64,000 nucleotides of DNA, from NCBI GenBank assembly GCA_054600435.1, contig BAAIJX010000021.1:310001-374000 (forward strand), in the 5' to 3' direction. Shown piece by piece: positions 60,120 to 64,000 of this stretch. A program made the translations under genes and the position numbers. Within the stretch, counting starts at the first letter, position 1. Each line of letters begins with the position of its first letter. This DNA is from Neophaeotheca triangularis (lineage: Eukaryota). The notes beneath the pieces are model-generated. The model was not told the origin of the DNA. It worked only from the letters and a program-made list of their open reading frames with translations, and searched no databases.

Positions 60120-61625
60120 ATGATTAGGCTACCGCCTGTACTTCGACCTCGATGGACGATTAGATACCTACTTTGCTCGGCTTTGGCACTGTACTTTGCC
60201 TACTGCACCCTGTTCGGAATGCGCTACTTCAGCAGCGACTTGCCACCTTACACTGGCGAATACGATGTCGGTGTTGTCGATATCGAAGCTCCCTGCGAGC
60301 CAAGGCAGATCGGCAAAGGCGTCTTGAAGGAATCGGGAGAGCCAGCCCTACAGCTTGAGACTGTCCTCTTTTCGCTGTATTATCCTTCGGTTGAAGGAGC
60401 TCGGTCGGACCAGGCACACCACACGTGGATCCCGAAACCCGTCGGCTTGCATGGAGAAGGGTACGCCAGGTTCATTCACGCAAACAACTGGTTCACCAAT
60501 AGCGTCTTTACTTTCGGACTGTGGGCTTTGGCGGGTGGCAATGCCATCCCGGCCAAAGTCGATGTTCCTATACACGGCACCGCAAGGCCTTCTCATGAAT
60601 CTCGTGGCCTAGCAGAGCAGCCTGATGACGATTATGGCCTGCCCGCGTTTCCCGTCATCGTCTTCTCACATGGCATGGCTTCTAGCAGAACCAGCTACAC
60701 ACAGTGGTGCGGCGAGCTTGCGTCTCGTGGATTTGTCGTAGCTGCAATTGAGCACAGAGACGGGAGTGGACCGGGCTCAATCATGATGAAATCGGACGGT
60801 ACCGTCAAGAACATATACCACGTGAGCCCAGACGATGTGGATCCTGCGCCAGAGGTGTCGGCCTTCAAGCAGATGCAGCTCGACATGCGTCAGGCCGAGG
60901 TTGAAGAGACGGTGCGAGTCTTGCGATCTATCAATGCAGGAGACGGTGCGGCGATCTTTGAGTCGAGCCCTCGCAAGGAGGGCCGGGATCTACAGGACTG
61001 GACGAATCGCCTTAATATGGATCACGTTGTGGTTGCCGGCCACTCTTACGGCGCGACATTGGCGCTGCAGGCCTTGAAGGGCTCACCATCAGACGAGCGT
61101 CCCTTTAAAGGCGGGATCATTCTCGACCCAGGAAAGCAATCCGGCCCACTGAACCACGACATCGACGTGCCAGTGGCTATAGTGCACTCAGAGTCTTGGT
61201 CCAGCAAACACTCCATCTTCCAAGGCCGCGCGCACTTCGAGGTGGTCAAGGAGCTCACAGAAGGTGTTCTAGAACGCGTCAAGTACGCATGGTTCGTGAC
61301 CTCGAAAGGCACCTCGCATCCTTCGGTCACCGACGCACCTCTGATTGAGCCATTCCTACTATCATGGACGACTGGAGCCTCGATCGACGTCAAAGACGGG
61401 ATCTCGCAGTACGTCAAGATCGCGCAAGAGTTCATGCAGTACCTGGACGACGGACACAGAAGAGGCATCTTGGCCGAGGAGGTCACGCATCCGGAGTACA
61501 ATAAGCAGGAGAGGGAGGACGTGCCCAAGTCAATCTCCAAGTTCTGGCAGATTCACGTTGCGCCTACTACATTTTGCCCTTACCCGGGACTGTGTGGGGT
61601 GGAGAAGGAAGAGGACAAGAAATGA
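60120..61625 (+). CDS. Platelet-activating factor acetylhydrolase family lipase
   Basis: N-terminal TM helix; FPVIVFSHGMASSRTSY, ELASRGFVVAAIEHRDGSG, nucleophile motif GHSYG. Confidence 0.88.
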   Translation: MIRLPPVLRPRWTIRYLLCSALALYFAYCTLFGMRYFSSDLPPYTGEYDVGVVDIEAPCEPRQIGKGVLKESGEPALQLETVLFSLYYPSVEGARSDQAHHTWIPKPVGLHGEGYARFIHANNWFTNSVFTFGLWALAGGNAIPAKVDVPIHGTARPSHESRGLAEQPDDDYGLPAFPVIVFSHGMASSRTSYTQWCGELASRGFVVAAIEHRDGSGPGSIMMKSDGTVKNIYHVSPDDVDPAPEVSAFKQMQLDMRQAEVEETVRVLRSINAGDGAAIFESSPRKEGRDLQDWTNRLNMDHVVVAGHSYGATLALQALKGSPSDERPFKGGIILDPGKQSGPLNHDIDVPVAIVHSESWSSKHSIFQGRAHFEVVKELTEGVLERVKYAWFVTSKGTSHPSVTDAPLIEPFLLSWTTGASIDVKDGISQYVKIAQEFMQYLDDGHRRGILAEEVTHPEYNKQEREDVPKSISKFWQIHVAPTTFCPYPGLCGVEKEEDKK

Positions 61626-62444
61626 AGCTGAGATTGCGTGGCTTAGACACGCTGTTTGGTCATAACGATACATCACGACGGAGCTACGATGCAGACAGGC
61701 CAATTCTTCAGAAAGCCAGTATACTGTACGTAGTCCTCAATACGGGCCAGAGCCAGCTCCTTCGGTGACCCCGTGCAGGGGGGCATCAAAGCTGAACTCG
61801 ACAGGCCATATACCCAGAGCTTGGCGCAACCCATCCAAAGCGCTTACGGTTCTAGGTCGAAGAGATTCCGTATGAAGAACTTCACGAACATAGATACTAC
61901 GCTGTACAAACGAACGGCTGTACTCGAATTCCAAGAAGCCACTTCATTTCAGGAAGACTCGCTGCTTAATCCGAACCCTCTCATCGAACAACCTAATGCA
62001 CAGTTTTTTGCATTACTCCTGTGTGCGACCGCACTCTTACATTACTGTAGGCACTTGAAAGAGCTGTACTTGAGAAGAGAGAATGGCTCACTCAGCACTA
62101 CCAAGCTTACGAATTCACCGGAATCCTGCACCGGGGCAGACCAGCTATCGAGGGTGTAAGGTTAGTTTGCGGGGGACTAAAAGCTGGTGGCCTTATGTAT
62201 CTCCTATACAGAACTAGCTGCAGCTTTCACAAAACCAAGGCGGACTTAAGCAGTGGGGTTGAAGCCGGGGGCCTGAAGTGATCGGTAATCTACGCTTGGG
62301 CTTACCACGTGAATAGCCACCATACCGTTATGAAAAGTATGACCTCTCCCATCCACCCACCCCAGTCCTCACTCCGGGACTTCAACAGCATACAAGTGCT
62401 TCAGCAACGTCTTGAATTCGTAGAAAAAGGCAACACTCAATAAA

Positions 62445-63620
62445 ATGACGGGCAACGACGCTTCCTTGCCCGGGCGTCTGGGAGATCCCAGCATGAGCCC
62501 AGCAACAGACCCTCGCGCAAACCCCAAGTGGGTCGCGGCCCTTGCTCCCTACGGATTGGATGAACTCGCACCAACATCCAAGCAAGTCCCCGACGTCGGC
62601 GCGGCGTTCGAGATGAGTGCTCTGTCCGAAGTCCTCGCCGTACAAAACGCCGCTTTCGGGGGCTTGTACGAAAGCCTGCCGAACGACCTCCCCGACGAAG
62701 ACGACGAGCCCGAAATCAGCCGGGAAGAAATCAAAATCCCCGGCGTCGACGGCAACGAAATCATCCTGCACGTCTTCAGGCCCAAAGCGGCATCCGGGCC
62801 TCTGCCTTGCGTGCTCTACATCCACGGAGGCGGTAACCTTTCCCCCCCCCCGCCATCGCACTCAACCATCCAACCAGACTAACACCAAAACCCCCCAGGC
62901 ATGACCCTCCTCGACACAACCAACAAAGTCCACATGCGCTGGACCAAAAACTTCGCCGCGGCGGGCCTAATCGGCATCGCCGTCGATTTCCGCAACGCCT
63001 GGACACCGCACGGCTACAACCACTACCCCCACGGCCTCAACGACTGCTGCACCGCGGTGCGGCACCTGCACGCCCACGCCCGAGACCTCGGCATCAGCAA
63101 AATCGTCATCCAAGGCGAAAGCGGCGGCGCGAACCTCTCGCTAGCCACGGCGCTCAAGGCCAGGCGCGAAAACTGGAGCTCCCACATCGCCGGCGTCTAC
63201 GCGAGCGTGCCCTTCATCAGCGGCGGCTACAACGTCTGGGACGCCGGGCGCAAACGCGCCGAATTGCCTAGCCTGCTCGAGAATGACGGCTACGTGCTGA
63301 ATGTGCGGAACATGGCCGCGTGCGTGGAGGCGTACACGCCGCGGAGGGAGGAGCGGGAGGATGCGCTGGCGTGGCCGTATTTTGCGACTTTGGAGGATTT
63401 GAAGGGTCTGCCGCCCCATGTCGTTGCTGTGGATGAGTTGGATCCTTTAAGGGATGAGGGCGTCGCTTATTATCGGAAACTTGTCGCTGCTGGGGTGGAG
63501 GCTACCGGGCAGGTGAACTTGGGCGTTCCGCATGGTTCGAGTTTGATTTTTCGCAAAGCTATGCCTGAAGTGCATTTGAAGGCTGTTAGGGAGATTGTGG
63601 CGTTTGCGAAGAGTCTTTGA
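62445..63620 (+). CDS. Hormone-sensitive-lipase-like alpha/beta hydrolase (abhydrolase_3)
   Basis: YIHGG|GM joined by intron 62833-62898; GESGG nucleophile; LPPH..VDELDPLRDEG; H in GVPHG. Confidence 0.9.
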
Positions 63621-63901
63621 GCGGTAGATTGTGTAGTCTTATTTCCGTCTCGGGTTTTTGCCGTCTTGATTGAGTTGTTTCATTGCGATCAGTTTCTGGC
63701 CTCGTTTCGAACGATCGCGGCTGTATTCATCTCTTCTCTTAATCCTCTTAGCTCGGAGGCATGAGCGACTTGTCACCACTTCCCGGCTGATAGAAACACA
63801 AAGGCGAATGCCCATAAATCGTCACATGTGCATTAAAAAGGGGTATATAAACAGCGCTCGCTAACCGATCAAATCATCTCGTAAACATCAAAACAGTCAC
63901 A

Positions 63902-64000
63902 TCAAACGTAATGCGCCTTGTTCGCGCTCCCCTCGCTCTGCTGCACCTCGACGCTGTTCTTCTCGACAGTCTCGTCAAATACATCGACAGTAGTCTTATG
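63902..64000 (-). CDS. C-terminal end of a gene entering from the right, possibly an MFS sugar (alpha-glucoside-type) transporter
   Basis: Open frame HKTTVDVFDETVEKNSVEVQQSEGSANKAHYV*; T.VDVF resembles maltose-permease tails. Only 33 codons are visible. Confidence 0.4.
   Translation of the reverse strand, partial: HKTTVDVFDETVEKNSVEVQQSEGSANKAHYV

Noticed and set aside
61773..62159. 128-aa ORF between the two hydrolases
   Set aside because: Non-ATG start, no motifs and weak codon bias.

Overview
A gene-dense, intron-containing fungal window: a filamentous ascomycete, probably a dothideomycete (inferred from gene style). It has short GT-AG introns with CTRAC/CTRAT branch sites. About 25 protein-coding genes can be supported. 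Housekeeping genes include alanine aminotransferase, an M14 carboxypeptidase, CAP1, LSB5, RPN7, ABD1, a Zn2Cys6 factor, PEX11, a mitochondrial carrier, NSE2/MMS21, SCP160, HSE1, cytochrome b5 and STE20. The right end holds a spherulin-4 protein, an F-box protein, a PARP, a PAF-acetylhydrolase and an esterase. No intact transposon or CRISPR array was seen. Five observations stand out. (1) A tRNA-Ile(AAT) at the left edge is perfect except for its first acceptor-stem bases, which are replaced by what looks like the 3' half of a spliceosomal intron. (2) A 51-aa Cys-rich ORF ends in a CaaX box (CTVM), like an a-factor-type pheromone precursor. (3) A shattered ZNFX1/RNF213-like RZ-finger pseudogene is not recognisable in the ORF track. 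(4) A hypothetical protein has a C-terminus resembling a SPATA22/RPA2-type OB fold. (5) The PARP has an N-terminal SAP-like domain. All family assignments are by eye from remembered motifs; no searches were run.
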